DNA from: Eledone cirrhosa | Lineage: Eukaryota | Direction of reading: 5' to 3' | DNA length: 64,000 nt | NCBI GenBank assembly: GCA_964016885.1 | Contig: OZ024743.1 | Span: 149,296,001-149,360,000 of the forward strand | Part shown: positions 39,971-54,282 of the stretch, piece by piece | How the letters are laid out: every line of letters begins with the position of its first letter | Position numbering within the stretch: the stretch's first letter is position 1 | Notes under the pieces: generated by a model | The model's database searches: none | Told to the model about the DNA's origin: nothing | What the model saw: only the letters and a program-made list of their open reading frames with translations | Position numbers and translations under genes: made by a program

Positions 39971-40164
39971 TTCATTTATTTATTTACTACATTACGTTTA
40001 ATGAAAAATAGTTGGTTACAGGTTCCAAAATGGTAATCACTGGTTCACTATATTTCTGATAGCATGAGTGACAATAGATTGTCTGTACCACCAGTGAGCA
40101 AAACAAATACCAGATGAGGTCTTTATATTTCAAAAACCATGATTTTCAAGTTTTCTCTCTAATA

Positions 40165-40265
40165 CAAGGTGTCCAAAATAAATGTATACATACTTCAACA
40201 GCATTCTAATAAATATTGCCTGTACAGGTAATCAAAGTGTGTATACATTTCTTGGGGACACCTTG
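40165..40265. mobile_element. Tc1/mariner-type MITE of about 100 bp
   Basis: TA|caaggtgtcc..aaatgtataca ... tgtatacattt..ggacaccttg|TA. Confidence 0.8.
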
Positions 40266-40581
40266 TACATTGTTTGCTAATATGCACCAGTAAAAGATAC
40301 ACGCACACAGATACACACACACAGAGGCACACACAGGCGCACACATGTACATACTTTTATTGGACTAAGCCTATGCTGGAGCCCAGCTTTCTTTTAATTT
40401 GATATATATTTTATCTGACACATTAAAATAAAAGATGAAATCAACAAAGGGAATGTATCCAGTATAGAAGTAAATGCTACACACTATTTTTGTTTAACAT
40501 TCCAATTCTGCCATCCCCTGCCATGATCATCATCATTTTACCTCTCTCTCTCTCTCCCTATATATATGTATATATATATAT

Positions 40582-40923
40582 CCCGTCCCACCACCCCCAC
40601 CCCATCCACACCGCCCCCTTCTATGTAAAGTTATGTTGGTGCCACACCATCCAGTCCGAAACAAATGAGATTGTGTAGGTGTCATGACAAAAAAACACAC
40701 AGTCCACGCTGTAATGTGGCCGTGTAGGCAACACGGTAAAAACCTCCCAGACCCACACTGTAAATGTGGTTGGTGTTAGGAAGGGCATCCAACTGTAGAA
40801 AACCTGCCAGACAGTCCTATGCGAGCAAGACAATCACTCTTGCCTCAAGTGGGAAAACCCCCGTCCAAACCCATGCAAGCGTGGAACACGGACGTTAAAC
40901 GTTGATGATGATGATGATGATGA

Positions 40924-40927
<4 letters not shown>
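40582..40927 (+). mobile_element. RTE LINE 3' UTR fragment (extended-tail family)
   Basis: Matches 3870-4211. Confidence 0.9.
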
Positions 40928-40973
<46 letters not shown>

Positions 40974-40976
<3 letters not shown>

Positions 40977-41385
40977 AAAAAGCACCCACCACTCACTCTA
41001 AATGAGGTTGGTGTTAGGAAGAGCATCCAGCTGTAGAAATCAAGCCAGCATCAGTTCCCGTCCCACCCTTGCAAGCAGGGAAAAAGTGGACGTAAAATGA
41101 AATGATGATGATATAACGAAGGAGGTGTGGTAAGGACCTGATGATGATATATATATATCATGATCATTTTACGTCCACTTTTCCCTGCTTGCCAGGTCTT
41201 CTTCAGCACAGCATCTCTCTATTCATAACGGTGCCTTGTCATCTCCTCTGTGAGATTCAGCGATCTGACGTCAGCTCTCACCACCTCCGCCCATGTTTTT
41301 TGTGGTTTTCCTCTACTGCATCTTCCTTCAACCACCGGGATTTCTTGGCACGTCTTTACCCAGCCATCATCTTCCATGCACATAT
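40974..41385. mobile_element. S1 SINE 3' part (+, 40974-41111) and short RTE 3' fragment (-, 41160-41385)
   Basis: Tail motifs; MEDDGWVK..GKPQKTWAEVV on minus. Confidence 0.8.
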
Positions 41386-41418
41386 ATTCCCTATATATAT
41401 ATTCCTTATATATATATA

Positions 41419-41658
41419 TAAAGGGAATATGCTTAGAAGGTGTCAAGTGGAGATTGAAAATTAAAATAGAAGGCTTTGCCATAAATTTTTGACCAAATGA
41501 AATAGTCTAATAATAACAGTGTATAAACCCACTGAATGGAAGATGGATATTGGCACAACACATGGGATTCTGATACTCATCTTTCTCCATTTATACCTTC
41601 CATTACTATTAGACTATTTTATTTAGTAAAAAAAGTTATGGCAAAGCCTTCTATTTCA

Positions 41659-41665
<7 letters not shown>
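41419..41665. mobile_element. Fold-back element in (TA)n, arms about 41459-41515 and 41603-41662
   Basis: aaatagaaggctttgccataa...aaatagtctaata and its reverse complement. Confidence 0.6.
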
Positions 41666-41695
<30 letters not shown>

Positions 41696-42289
41696 AAATG
41701 TAAACAATAAGTTAAACAGTAATGGTTAATTAGCAATTATTTACACAAAACATAATACATATGACATCCACATAACATTAGGAATTATAAAAAAGGGATA
41801 AATTTTAACCAAATACAAATTATAAGAACAGACACAATATCAAATGGTGGACGTTAGTGTGCATTGAGCTTCTCTCACCTTACCGAAAATAATAGTGGAA
41901 ACCTCCATTATGTATCCAACAAACCTCTATACAGTTTCTATCTCCTAAATTTCATTCATAAAGCATGGGCTGAGATTATTCTAGAAAACACTTGCTGGTG
42001 GTATGACACATTAAGATTGAATGTAGAAACATGTGATTGTGCATTGAACTTGTTAATACAAATGACTGCGTCCATATATATATATATGTACCCACATATG
42101 TGTGTATGTGTGGATGTGTGTGTAATTGTGTGTTACACAGAGAGAGAGAGAGAGAGAGAGAGTGAGAGTGAGAGGGATAGTGTGACAGACAGGCAGAGAG
42201 ATAGACAGAATCAAGAAGGTGGCTGTCATTTAAAACACCAGCTGTCTTCTCGCTTCTGGTTGTGACTTCTACTTCTTCTGATTCTATCT

Positions 42290-42530
<241 letters not shown>

Positions 42531-42879
42531 CAACGATCTACCACCTCCATCTTCCTTCTAGTTATTTGCTGACATCATCAATGTTAGTGTCATCATCATC
42601 ACTACCAGCACTACCAACACCATCCCCGTCATCCCATTATCATTATCATCATGACCACCACCACCGCAACCACCATCACCATCACCAAAATTATATTCTT
42701 CATCATCATCCTTATCATCATCACCATATTGTTGTTTTGTATTGTTTGTCAGGAAAGGAACCATAATGGTTTTCTTTCACTTAGATTAAAGATATTTGGC
42801 AGGCATGGTAATAGCTTCCTACTCACTCTCTCTATCTTACTCGCTCATTATTTCGCACTCTCTCGCTCTCGCTCTCTCG

Positions 42880-42916
<37 letters not shown>

Positions 42917-43118
42917 CCATATATACTCATACACATACTCACACATACATACCACTCATGCACAGACACATAACTTACATACACATACACACTCATACAT
43001 ACTCACACATAACTATACACACACACATGTTCAAACATATATCAAAACTATTACTACCCAATACTATGACAGATATATAAATTTATAGAATCGCATGATA
43101 TATATATATATATATATA

Positions 43119-43308
43119 TGGGTAAAGAAGTGCCAAGTAATCCCAGTGGAAGAAAGAAGCAGTAGTGGAAGACCACGGAAAACATGGGTGGAGGTGGTGA
43201 GAACTGACCTCAGATCGCTGAAGCTCACAGACGAGATGACAAAAAACTGTGATGAATGGACCCATCCCACCCTTGCAAGAAGGGAAAGGCAGACATAAAA
43301 TGATGATG
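43119..43308 (+). mobile_element. Short RTE 3' fragment
   Basis: WVKKCQ..GRPRKTWVEVVRTDL. Confidence 0.85.
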
Positions 43309-43360
43309 TCACAGATGTGTGATGAAAGAACTTTGATAGACTATATATATATATACATAT

Positions 43361-43710
43361 GGAGGCACATGGCTTAGTGGTTAGAGCATTGGCCTTGCAA
43401 TCGAAAGGTTGTGAGTTCAATTCTCAGACCGGGTGATGTGTTGTTTCCTTGAGCAAGACACTTTATTTCACATTGCTCCAGTTTACTCAGCTGTAGAAAT
43501 GAGATGATAGGGACTGGGGTTCCTATCATTCCACTGCAAAGTGGACGTGGAGGTGCCACGGCAAAAAAAGCACCCAGCACTCACTGTAAATGAGGTTGGT
43601 GTTAGGAAGGGCATCCAGCTGTAGAAATCAAGCCAGAATCAGTTCCCGTCCCACCCTTGCAAGCAGGGAAAAAGCGGACGTAAAATGAAATAATGATGAA
43701 TGATGATGAT
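43361..43710 (+). mobile_element. SINE family S1, full length
   Basis: A box TGGCTTAGTGG, B box GAGTTCAATTC, CORE-like centre, RTE tail. Confidence 0.92.
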
Positions 43711-44084
43711 ATATATATATATATATATATTTATATCTGTATTTTTAATTGGTCAATCAAAGATAAACATTGATTGCCTGATAAATTAACTATAGAGACA
43801 TAAAAGATACAGAAACGAAACCCAATCCAAACCAAACAGTGGATGTGTTTTATTATTATTTCTGGCAATATTATAACAATATGACCCTCCCCAAATATAA
43901 CTATATATATTTATATATAAATACATTAATATATATATTGACAGTCTCAAAAATGATTATAAAAATGAATACTATAGTAGAGATTAGCATTTTTTTTTAT
44001 CAAGGTAAAGTTAATGTCTTGTTTAATGACCCTGTGAGTTCACGGGAGAAATTCCAGAGTATCAAGACCCAAATTTGTCCTTAA

Positions 44085-44893
44085 TCTGTATATATATAAA
44101 ATTAAATATGTGTGTGTGTGTGTGTGTGTGTCTGTATATTACCTATAGGGGCCTACATCTTACGACCGATTTTCATGAAACTTTATAGGCTCATAGATTC
44201 GTCATCGGGGAGTGTTTTCTATATATCAGCGTATCGTTTTTTTTATTCCGGGGTCATTCTGCAGATAAAAATCGATAGGTGTGTTACCTTTTTTTAGGTA
44301 TCGAAAAATAAGATTTTGGCTCTAGCTCCCACATTTTGCCATCAATTTCGTTCAAATTTTAAAGCAAAATAGAATTAATCATTGAACATCCTGGCTTTTT
44401 ATTTTGCATTTGTTGTTCAGGGACGGCGTGGCAACCGCTTAAATATTCAAAAATACCACCTTTAGACTCAAATTTCCACTTTTTGGCTCTAGCTCCCACA
44501 TTAATCAACCTACTTTGTTCAAATTTTTCACTACGCTAGATCTGATTATTTTACGTCTTAAAGTGGCTTTACATTTTGGATTTTTTTGTTCAGGAACGGC
44601 GTGGCAGCCGCTTAAATATTCGAAAATACCACCTTTTCGCTCAAATTTCTGCCTTTTCGACTCTAGCTGCCACATTTTTCAACCGATTTCGTTCAAATTC
44701 GAAACTCTCTCCCCAGCATGCCCCTTCGTCAGTCACCCGCGTTTCTCAGTGCTAGAGGTTATTACCACCCTCCCCCGCATGGCCTGTGTGTGGCCATAGA
44801 TGAGTCATCGAGAAGCAGTCGCTAAGATCAACCCCTTTTCATCAAAGCAGATATTATTTTACCTACCCAGGCAACGCTGGGTACTGCTGCTAG
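44085..44893 (+). mobile_element. Non-autonomous Helitron with internal tandem repeats of about 170 bp
   Basis: A|TCtgtatatatataaa 5' end; 3' hairpin tacccag-gcaacg-ctgggta (44864-44883) then CTAG|T; no TSD; repeats start at about 44318, 44485, 44659. Confidence 0.85.
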
Positions 44894-45178
44894 TACAGAA
44901 TAAAAATATGTGATGAATATATATATGTGTGTGGCAGCATTAAATATTTATTATCATATAGTGTTATGTTAAACAGGGCATTATTTTGGTGAATGCGATT
45001 CAAGTGAATGTTTTCTCTCAACTGGCAGTTTTATTGAAGTCTATGATTCTGATGTCAATACTCATATTGTCAGTACATGCACATGACAGTAAAAGGGGAT
45101 GTTTGATAGTAGGACTTATATATACATGTTCCTACATAGATAGACAGACCCACATGTGTGTGTATGTGTCTGTGTATG

Positions 45179-45219
<41 letters not shown>

Positions 45220-45251
45220 ATACACACACACATGACTGCCAATTCGCCACC

Positions 45252-45322
<71 letters not shown>

Positions 45323-45793
45323 GTATATTTGTGAGTGTGTGTGTATTTTAGTGCCTACTAAATCTGATAACGATAACTCTTTCATAACATTAACTAGCTT
45401 TATAATAAATGCCTTACACTGTACATAATTTCTCATCCATGGGAGAAATCCCTCTAATGCTTGTGAGAATAAGTGGTGAACAAGTTACTCTCAGACCTGA
45501 GATATATCCAGTATGCTTGCAACAGACTAGAGATATGTAAAATGCCTTCAAGCGTTAAACCAGATGACCGAATAAATGTACCACCTAAAAACAGGGACAA
45601 TGCCTCCACTGATCCATCATCACACAATTTCTGTTAGTTTTTTGGTTAGTCCATATTTGTTACAGAAACGATTATGTGTGAGCAAAACATGGCCATCTGA
45701 TCTGACTTGTCTCACAACAGAGCAACCCGCCATCTAAACTTTGAGAGCATGGCAAATGGATGTTAAACAGTGATGATGATGATGATATATATA

Positions 45794-46598
45794 GTGTATA
45801 TACTCAATATAAGCCAATGAGTAGGTGACCAAAAACTTAATGGAAAAATTGGGTGTTGACTTATATTCGGAGTCAATATTTTGACGATTCTCACAAACTT
45901 TAAATTCTACATAAATAAGGTGTTAAAATATCTGAAGTGATTATTTTACAATGAAATACTCTTTTTCTACATTTACTACATTTTTATTAGTGTTATTTAT
46001 GTATTCCCTTGAAAATATGTCCAACAAAAACTTATAATTTGAACTTCTTCATGCACACATACAGACATGTACATATGCTCCCATACATATATGTTTTTCT
46101 CTGACAATATCTTTTTTCAATCTTACTTCTGATTTTATTTTATTTCTCTTGCACTCTTTCCCTGCTACTCTTGCCCTCTCTTTTACTCACTCTGGTTACC
46201 TTCACTCTCACTTGCTGTCTCTCCCAACCCCATCTACTCTATGAATCTCTATATAAAGTTCTCTCATTTGATCATTTGCTTTCAACTACTCTTAGCTTGT
46301 GAGTGGCTAGGAGTAAAGAAAAATTTGAGAAACTTGTTGAAATTTAACAGAATGGAAACTCATTACATAATGTAGTTGTGAAACAAAGACTATACTCTAA
46401 ATGGCACTTAAACATTAAAATATTAAAACTTCATAAATATATTTTATACTCATGACAATTTCAAAACCATACTATCTAAACAATGTGTTGGTTAGCTGCT
46501 ATGGCTTATAAACGGGATTTACATTTTTGACCATTTCTCAAACATAAAAAAAAGAGATTGGCTTATATTCAGACTGGCTTATATTCACATATATATGG
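45794..46598. mobile_element. Old pogo/Tc2-like non-autonomous DNA transposon
   Basis: TA|gtgtatatactcaatataagcc ... ggcttatattcacatatatatgg|TA imperfect TIRs with subterminal cttatattc repeats. Confidence 0.65.
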
Positions 46599-46926
46599 TA
46601 TACACACACACACACACACATATATATATGCATATATATATATCATCATCATTGTTTTTATAGACATTTTTCCATTCTAACATTGGATGGGACTTTTTGA
46701 GGCAGTGTTTTACTTTTACTACCAGGCATCGTTCATGAAGCCATTTCTTCTTAATTGTCTGTTAGGTCATACAGAATTATTATGTACCTATTCTAAAACC
46801 TAAGATATGCACGAATATCCTCATCCTGATAATCATAATCCAATGTAAAAAGCAGATATCAATTCATAAAGTAAAGTATTTATTTACTTTGCCTCTCTAC
46901 AAACTATATGAAAGATAAATACTTAC

Positions 46927-46970
46927 AGTGTAAAACTCTAAGCCCTTATGTCACTGATGTACCTTCATGG
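46927..46970 (-). other. Candidate 44-nt non-coding (UTR) exon
   Basis: ttttttatgtttag| acceptor and |gtaagt donor; stops in all three frames. Confidence 0.3.
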
Positions 46971-47258
46971 CTAAACATAAAAACATTAAAATAGATAAAT
47001 AAATGTGTGTGTGTGTGAATCCTGAACTATTATTATCTCTAAATATCAGTGTATAAATGAATAGCCATTATAAATTGTACATTATTTCAATTTAGACCAA
47101 GACACACTTATACACCAATAACTGTACACATATATGTGCACAACACATACATATACTCACACAGCTATAGATATGCATATTCACACATACATGTACACAC
47201 ATGTGTGTGTCTGCAAATAGATATCGACACACATTCTTACAGTTATATGCACCCATAA

Positions 47259-47299
<41 letters not shown>

Positions 47300-50200
47300 T
47301 CATGTACACACTTATACATATACACATGACATATTCAAATACACACGTGCACACACATACAAATACATAAATACACATACAGATGTAGTCAAACAGATAG
47401 CATTGCCACCTTCCTATTTAATTCAAGGAAAGAGAGGTAACCCACCCACCCACCCAAAAAAGCAACAAAAAAAAACAAAAAAAAACGAAATCAAAAATCT
47501 ATGGTAAAAAAATACAATAGAACCCACTAGAATCTTTACCAAAATTCTATTTCGTAGTTTCAGTATTCTCTATTATCTCAAGAAATATTAACCTTATTGA
47601 CATCATTATCGGCTGCAAAATTGATTTAAATACAAGCGAGATTCTTTCAGCCGGTGCCAAATTTTGGTCCACTTATCATCAAGATATTGTACTATGGTTG
47701 TAGTGGCAGTTGTAGAGGTTTATTATTATAATTATAATTATTATTATTATCATCATTAATTCAACTTCCTCATCTTTATTATCATTATTTATTGTTATCA
47801 TTATTATTCATTATTACTGTTAATTATTGTTATCATTAACTTTATTATTATTATTATTGATATTATTATTGTTGTTATTGTTGTTATTATTATTATTATT
47901 ACTATTATTATTACTATTATTTTCAATGATAATGATATTTTTATTATTATTTTCATTGTTAATATTCATTTATATTGATTTTAATGAGATTTTTACAAAT
48001 GATGTCATTTAATTTTTAATTTGAAAGTATAATTTTAATATGAGTTTAAGTATATGTAATTATGGTTGATTGCAGATATGACTAGACTATGTGAGTGTGT
48101 GTGTGTGTATGGATTTATGTGTATGTGTGAGTGTGTGTGTGATGAGTGTTTATTGAATGCATCTGTAATGTGTGTGTGTATGGTGTGTATCTGCAGTGTA
48201 TGTGTATGGTGTGTAAGAGAGTGAAAAATAAGGGGAGGAGCAAAATAAAGAGAAAATATATGTGCGGATATATGTGAGAGATAGAGACAAAGAGAAAAAG
48301 AAAAAAAAGAGTGTGTATGTCTGTGCATGTGTGTGCAAGAGTGTGCATGTGTGTGTAAGAGTGAGAGAGAGGGAGAAAGAAAGAGAAAGAGAGAGTAAAG
48401 GGAAGGAATGCGAAAGAAAGCAAAAGAGAGTGGGAGAGATAAAGTGAGGGATAGAGGAGACAGAGGGAAAGAGGGAGATGGAGAGGGAGAGAGAGGAAGA
48501 GAGAGAACAGAGAGTCAAAAAGAAAGGAGAAAGTAAGAGAGAGAGTTTGTGTGCGTTTATGTGTGAGTGTGTGTGTGTGTACACAAGTACATTAAAGTGT
48601 TCAAAAGTTCATGGGAACAATCCATGGCATTTATTATTCTATTATTAGCCTGACTATCTGTATACATGAACATATATGTGTAAATATGTGTACCTATAAT
48701 TTTTACATTTACTATTTATATCATATGATGATGTGTGCATGTGTATATGTTTATGTATTGTGTGGATGTGCGTGTATATATAAATGTATATGTGCATTTC
48801 TTGCTGCTGCATGTATGAATGAACACACATTATAAATTATACTATTATGTCATCAGTCTATATTTTTTTCTATGCTGATGACATAACTGACTGAGTTTCT
48901 TAAAATACACTAAATACCCTCTTCCATCTTGTCATCATCTCAGCTGGATTTTCTATTATTACCTCTACCCTATTACAAATAAATTGTTGTAAAACCCAAA
49001 TCTGTCTTAATTGCTGCCAGAGTATCTTGCAGAGTAACAGAGTATCACTTGGTTAATTAGTATCATTATAGATACAGGCATGGCTCTGTGGTTTGGTTAA
49101 AAAGTATGCTTTGCAGCCATATGATTTCAGGTTCTATACCTCTGTGTGGCACATTGGCAAATGTTTTCTACTGTAGCCTTAAGCAGATCAATGCAATGTA
49201 AGAGAAACTGTGCTTTTTATGGTAGCATGGATTGGATTGGTTGTGATGGTCCATGACTAGATGGGTCAGAAAAATTGCATCTTGTATGTAAAAGGTAAAC
49301 AGAAATAACAAAGCAAACGACACAGTACATTGAAGAAATATATTAGTTTAATGCATGAACAAGCAGGAAAAGAATCTTAGCTTGTTGGACACGAGTTCTT
49401 CATCAGAAGAATGGAGTAGAAATAAAAGATAAAATAGAAAGATATAAAAAGAGAAGAGCAAGGAACGGGGAAAAAATAAGAAGTGGAGAAAAAACACATA
49501 TGCACATTCAGTCAAGTATTTTGGAAATGATGTATATCATCATTATCGTTTAACGTCCATCTTCCACGCCAGCAAGTTGGGTTGGGTGACCATGTCTTGC
49601 TCATATAAGACTGTTTCTGGTTGGGTTTCTGTGGCTGGATGCCCTTCCTAGAGCCAACCACATTTATTGTGAGTGCTGGGTGCTTTTTGCCATGTCTTTT
49701 ACATTATCACTTTTTCTCGTGCCACCTACATGACCATTTTACAGTAGAAGTTTTGTGGAACCAACATAACACACACAGATATATATCTACACAGATGGTA
49801 TATATATATATATATATTTATATACACACACATGGTCTATACATATATATTTGTGTGTATATATATAATTTACAAAAAGTTGTTTTCGAATGAGAAGACA
49901 GATAAAGGTAGATGAAGTTATTACAGCTCAAAATATGAGATTTATTACAGTAAACTACTCAGAAGGCTAAATACAATTCGTTTGAGTGTCCTATTTAAAA
50001 TTAACAAAGTATTTATTCAAATGAAAACATTAGTTAGCCATGACACTAATTAACATGAATTTAAGAGATAAAAAGTTTCTTGTATTCTTTTTATTAATTC
50101 TGATGATTCTAATCTTTTGTCCATATAATTAAGTAATAATTAATTATTAATAAATAATAATTAATCGTCTTTGGTCTTCTTTGTCAATGTTATATATATA

Positions 50201-50372
50201 TATATGTAAATATGCACATATATACATGTATATATATATTCATACATATATATATATATATACACATATTCATACATATATCATCATCATCATCATCATC
50301 ATCTTCGTTTAACGTCCGTTTTCCACGCTAGCATGGGTACACATATATACATACATATACATATATATATAT

Positions 50373-50940
50373 AGCATCATCATCACCGTTTTACATCTGT
50401 TCTTTCACGCTAGCATGGCTTAGAGGGGTTGTCCTGTTGTGGGCTAACAATTTTTTGCTGATATTGGAACTGATTCTGGCTTGATTTCTACAGCTGGATG
50501 CCCTGCCTAACCCCAACCTCATTTACAGTGTGGGCTGGGTGCTTTTTTTACTGTGGCACCTCCACGACCACTTTGCAGTTGGGGGGAGGGGCATATTGTC
50601 TATATGCTTCACCTTTGGCTTGTACCCGTGGGAAGTCGGGTCTTCTGTATTACTGTGTAACACCAGAGGTCACGGTCATGTGTCATCACCTTTCAGAGAT
50701 GCAATTGAGTAAAGTTGGCTTTTATCACCTCATCCCAGGTCTTCTTGGGTCTCCCCACTCCACAGCTTCCATCGACTTCTTGTGCTCTGCACCTTTTTAT
50801 GCAGCTCTCATCCTTCATACGCATCACATGTCGATACCAATGCAACCTCCTCTCCTGCACACAGCATTTGATTCCTCTTATGCTCAGTCTCTCCCTCATT
50901 TCGTTTATGCTTTGCTGTTCGTGTATATTACTATTACATA
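50373..50940 (-). mobile_element. RTE LINE 3' fragment, second extended-UTR family
   Basis: Matches 24650-25227. Confidence 0.88.
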
Positions 50941-50981
50941 TATATTACATATATATATGTGTATAAATATATATACACATA

Positions 50982-52922
50982 TCATCATCATCATCATCAT
51001 CAACGTTTAACATCCGTGTTCCACGCTTGCATGGGTTTGGACGGGGGTTTTCCCACTTGAGGCAAGAGTGATTATCTTGCTTGCATAGGACTATCTGGCG
51101 GGTTTTCTACAGTGTGGGCTGGGTGCTTTTTTTACTTCCTAACACCAACCACATTTACAGTGTGGGGCTGGGAGGTTTTTACCGTGTTGCCTACACGGCC
51201 ACATTACAGCGTGGACTGTCTGGCAGGTTTTCTACAGCTGGATGCCCTTCCTAACACCAACGACATTTACAGTGTGGGGCTGGGAGGTTTTTACCGTGTT
51301 GCCTACACGACCACATTACAGCGTGAACTGTGTGTTTTTTTGTCGTGACACCTACACGATCTCATTTGTTTCGACCTGGATGTTGTGGCACCAACATAAC
51401 TTTACATTGAAAGGGGCGGTGTGGATGGGGTCTTCTCTATTACTGAGTACCGCCAAAGGTCTCGGTCCAGTGACATTGTCTTGGTGAGGTGTAAGTGTGT
51501 GAGGTCGGAATTTATCAGCTCGTCCCAGGTTTTTCTGGGTCTGCCTATTCCGTGGCTACCGTCTATCTTTATTGCCCTGCACTTTGTTATACAGCTATCG
51601 TCCTTCATGCGCATCACGTGACCATACCAACGTAGCCTTCTCTCGAGTAAACAACATCTGATCCCTCTTATTTCTAATTTTTTCCTCAGTTCGTTTATGC
51701 TTTGCCGTTCACGTATATTACTATTACACATCCAGCGGAGCATGCAAGCTTCGTTTCTCTCTAGTCTGCGTATATCCTCTGCACACAATGCCCAGGTCTC
51801 ACTGCCATGCAACATTGCTGTTTGTATGCAGGCATCATACAACCTGCCTTTCATTTTTAGGGCGAACCCTTTAGCGGCTAATAGTGGTATAAGCTCTCTG
51901 AACTTGTTCCATCCAGTTCTGACTCTAGCTACTGTACTTTCAGAGCACCCTCCCCCACTGCTGATTTTGTCACCCAGGTAACGGAAGCTGTCCACTATTT
52001 CTATAGAACCCTCTGCACAGTTGAAAGAGCTAGTATTTTGTGGGCACTTGCTGCTACTTATTGCACCAGAGCACCGGCCACATGTAAAATCTATGTTCTT
52101 AGTTAGCTTACCTGTGATCCCACTACATCTTTTATGCACCCATACTTTACATTTGGGACACAAAATGGAGTTTCTACCTACGCCTTTCCTACACACTGAG
52201 CATGGCCACTTCCCGGAAGGGACTGCCGCCTTATTTTCTTTCTTACAAACTAGAACTTTAGTCTTAGCCAGGTTAATTTTAAGGCCTTTTGATTCTAGGC
52301 CGTGCTTCCATGTTTGGAATTTCTTCTCTAGCTCGGCCATTGATTCAGCTATGAGTGTTAGGTCATCTGCGTATAGGAGTTCCCATGGGCAACCGGTCTT
52401 GAATTCCTCTGTTATAGCCTGAAGGGCAATAATAAATAGTAGGGGGCTGAGAACAGAGCCCTGATGGACGCCAACTTTTACGCTAAACTCTTCATTATAT
52501 TCGTTGTTAATTCTAACCTTGCTGACTGTTTCTTTATACATGGCTTGTATAGCTCTCACAAGCCATTTGTCAACACCTAGTTTTCTAAGAGCCTACCAGA
52601 TAATGGAACGGGGGACTCTGTCGAAAGCTTTCTCCAAGACAACAAAAGCTAAGTATAGGGGTTTACTTTTAGCTAGGTACTTCTCCTGTAGTTGTCGTAC
52701 AATGAAAAGAGTGTCTGTGGTACTTTTGCCTGACACAAACCCGAGCTGCATTTCTTCTAGATCAATTCTCTCTCTGATTAGTTGCGCTATTACTTTTTCC
52801 GTGACCTTCATGACCTGGTCGATTAATTTAATGCCTCTATAATTACTCCTATCTAGGGCATCTCCTTTACCCTTATAACAGTTAACGATGATGCTGCTAC
52901 GCCAGTCCTTCGGAACAACCCC
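50982..52922 (-). mobile_element. 5'-truncated RTE LINE, RT domain plus PHD-type finger
   Basis: VPKDWRSS, NYRGIKL, LEKAFD, GVHQGSVLSP, YADD; in-frame stop near 52593; UTR with internal duplication. Confidence 0.95.
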
Positions 52923-52956
52923 ATATATACATACATATATATATATACATACATAT

Positions 52957-53220
52957 GAAACAAATGAGATCGTGTAGGTGTCACGACAAAAAAACACACA
53001 GTTCACGCTGTAATGTGGCCGTATAGGCAACACGGTAAAAACCTCCCAGACCCACACTGTAAATGTGGTTGGTGTTAGGAAGGGCATCCAACTGTAGAAA
53101 ACCTGCCAGACAGTCCTATGCGAGCAAGACAATCACTCTTGCCTCAAGTGGGAATACCCCCGTCCAAACCCATGCAAGCGTGGAACACGGACATTAAACG
53201 TTGATGATGAGGATGATGAT
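52957..53220 (+). mobile_element. RTE 3' UTR fragment, head-to-head with the previous LINE
   Basis: Same extended tail in the opposite orientation. Confidence 0.9.
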
Positions 53221-53319
53221 ACATACATATATATATATACATACATATATATATATATATGTATATGTATATATGTATATATATATAAATATATATTTAT
53301 ATATATATATATAAATATA

Positions 53320-53441
53320 TAGTAATAATAACAAATTTGAAGACTAAAATCCAAAGAGGGCTTGATAAGGATAAATATTCAGAAGATCCCGTTAATGGTG
53401 AAAGCAGCGATTCTTTGCTTAAACGTTAATATGTTATTTTA

Positions 53442-53448
<7 letters not shown>
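53320..53448. mobile_element. Inverted-junction copy of the CAGAAGA-hammerhead family
   Basis: 53320-53378 is the reverse complement of 15324-15379, joined directly to ttcagaaga...aataaa (equivalent to 15222-15292). Confidence 0.8.
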
Positions 53449-53506
<58 letters not shown>

Positions 53507-53520
53507 ACCAGATTTCAACA

Positions 53521-53639
53521 CAGCAACAACAACAACTACAACGATAACAGCAACTACAAAAACAGTGACAGCAACAACAACAACAGCAACAACACCATTG
53601 TCTGCAGCAGCAGCATCAGTGAAATGAACAACAACAACG

Positions 53640-53672
<33 letters not shown>

Positions 53673-53900
53673 GCAACAGCAACAACAACAACAACAACAA
53701 CAACAACAACTACCACCACCATCACTGACATCATCCACCACTTTCACCACCACCACAACCACCACTACCACCATCACTGGCACCATCCACCACCACCACC
53801 ATCACCATCACTGACACCATCCACCACTTTCACCACCACCACAACTACCACCACCACCATCATCACCATCACTGATACTATCCACCACCACCACATCACC
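53521..53900. repeat. Low-complexity (CAA/CAG)n then (CAC)n tract
   Basis: Direct reading. Confidence 0.9.
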
Positions 53901-54115
53901 AGCAATCAGGCCTTAAAAACAACTATAATACTAAATAACTATTCTGTTCTTGGCACGGGGCAGCAATTGTCCCAGCACATTGCTGGAACCTTGTTTTCAG
54001 GCCCGGGGAGTGGAGAGGCGTTGCTCTTTGCTGTAAAGCAAACAATTATTATTATTATATAAAAACTGAACTGGAAAAATCAACAGTTGACATGATTTTG
54101 TATCAGTACTGACGG

Positions 54116-54224
<109 letters not shown>

Positions 54225-54282
54225 TGGCGTGTGTGTGTTTGTATGCATGAGTGTTGATATGTGAGTGAGTGTGTGTGTGTGT

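Noticed and set aside
43361-43435. tRNA gene
   Set aside because: The A/B boxes belong to a SINE head that continues into CORE-like and RTE tail sequence, with no acceptor stem closure.
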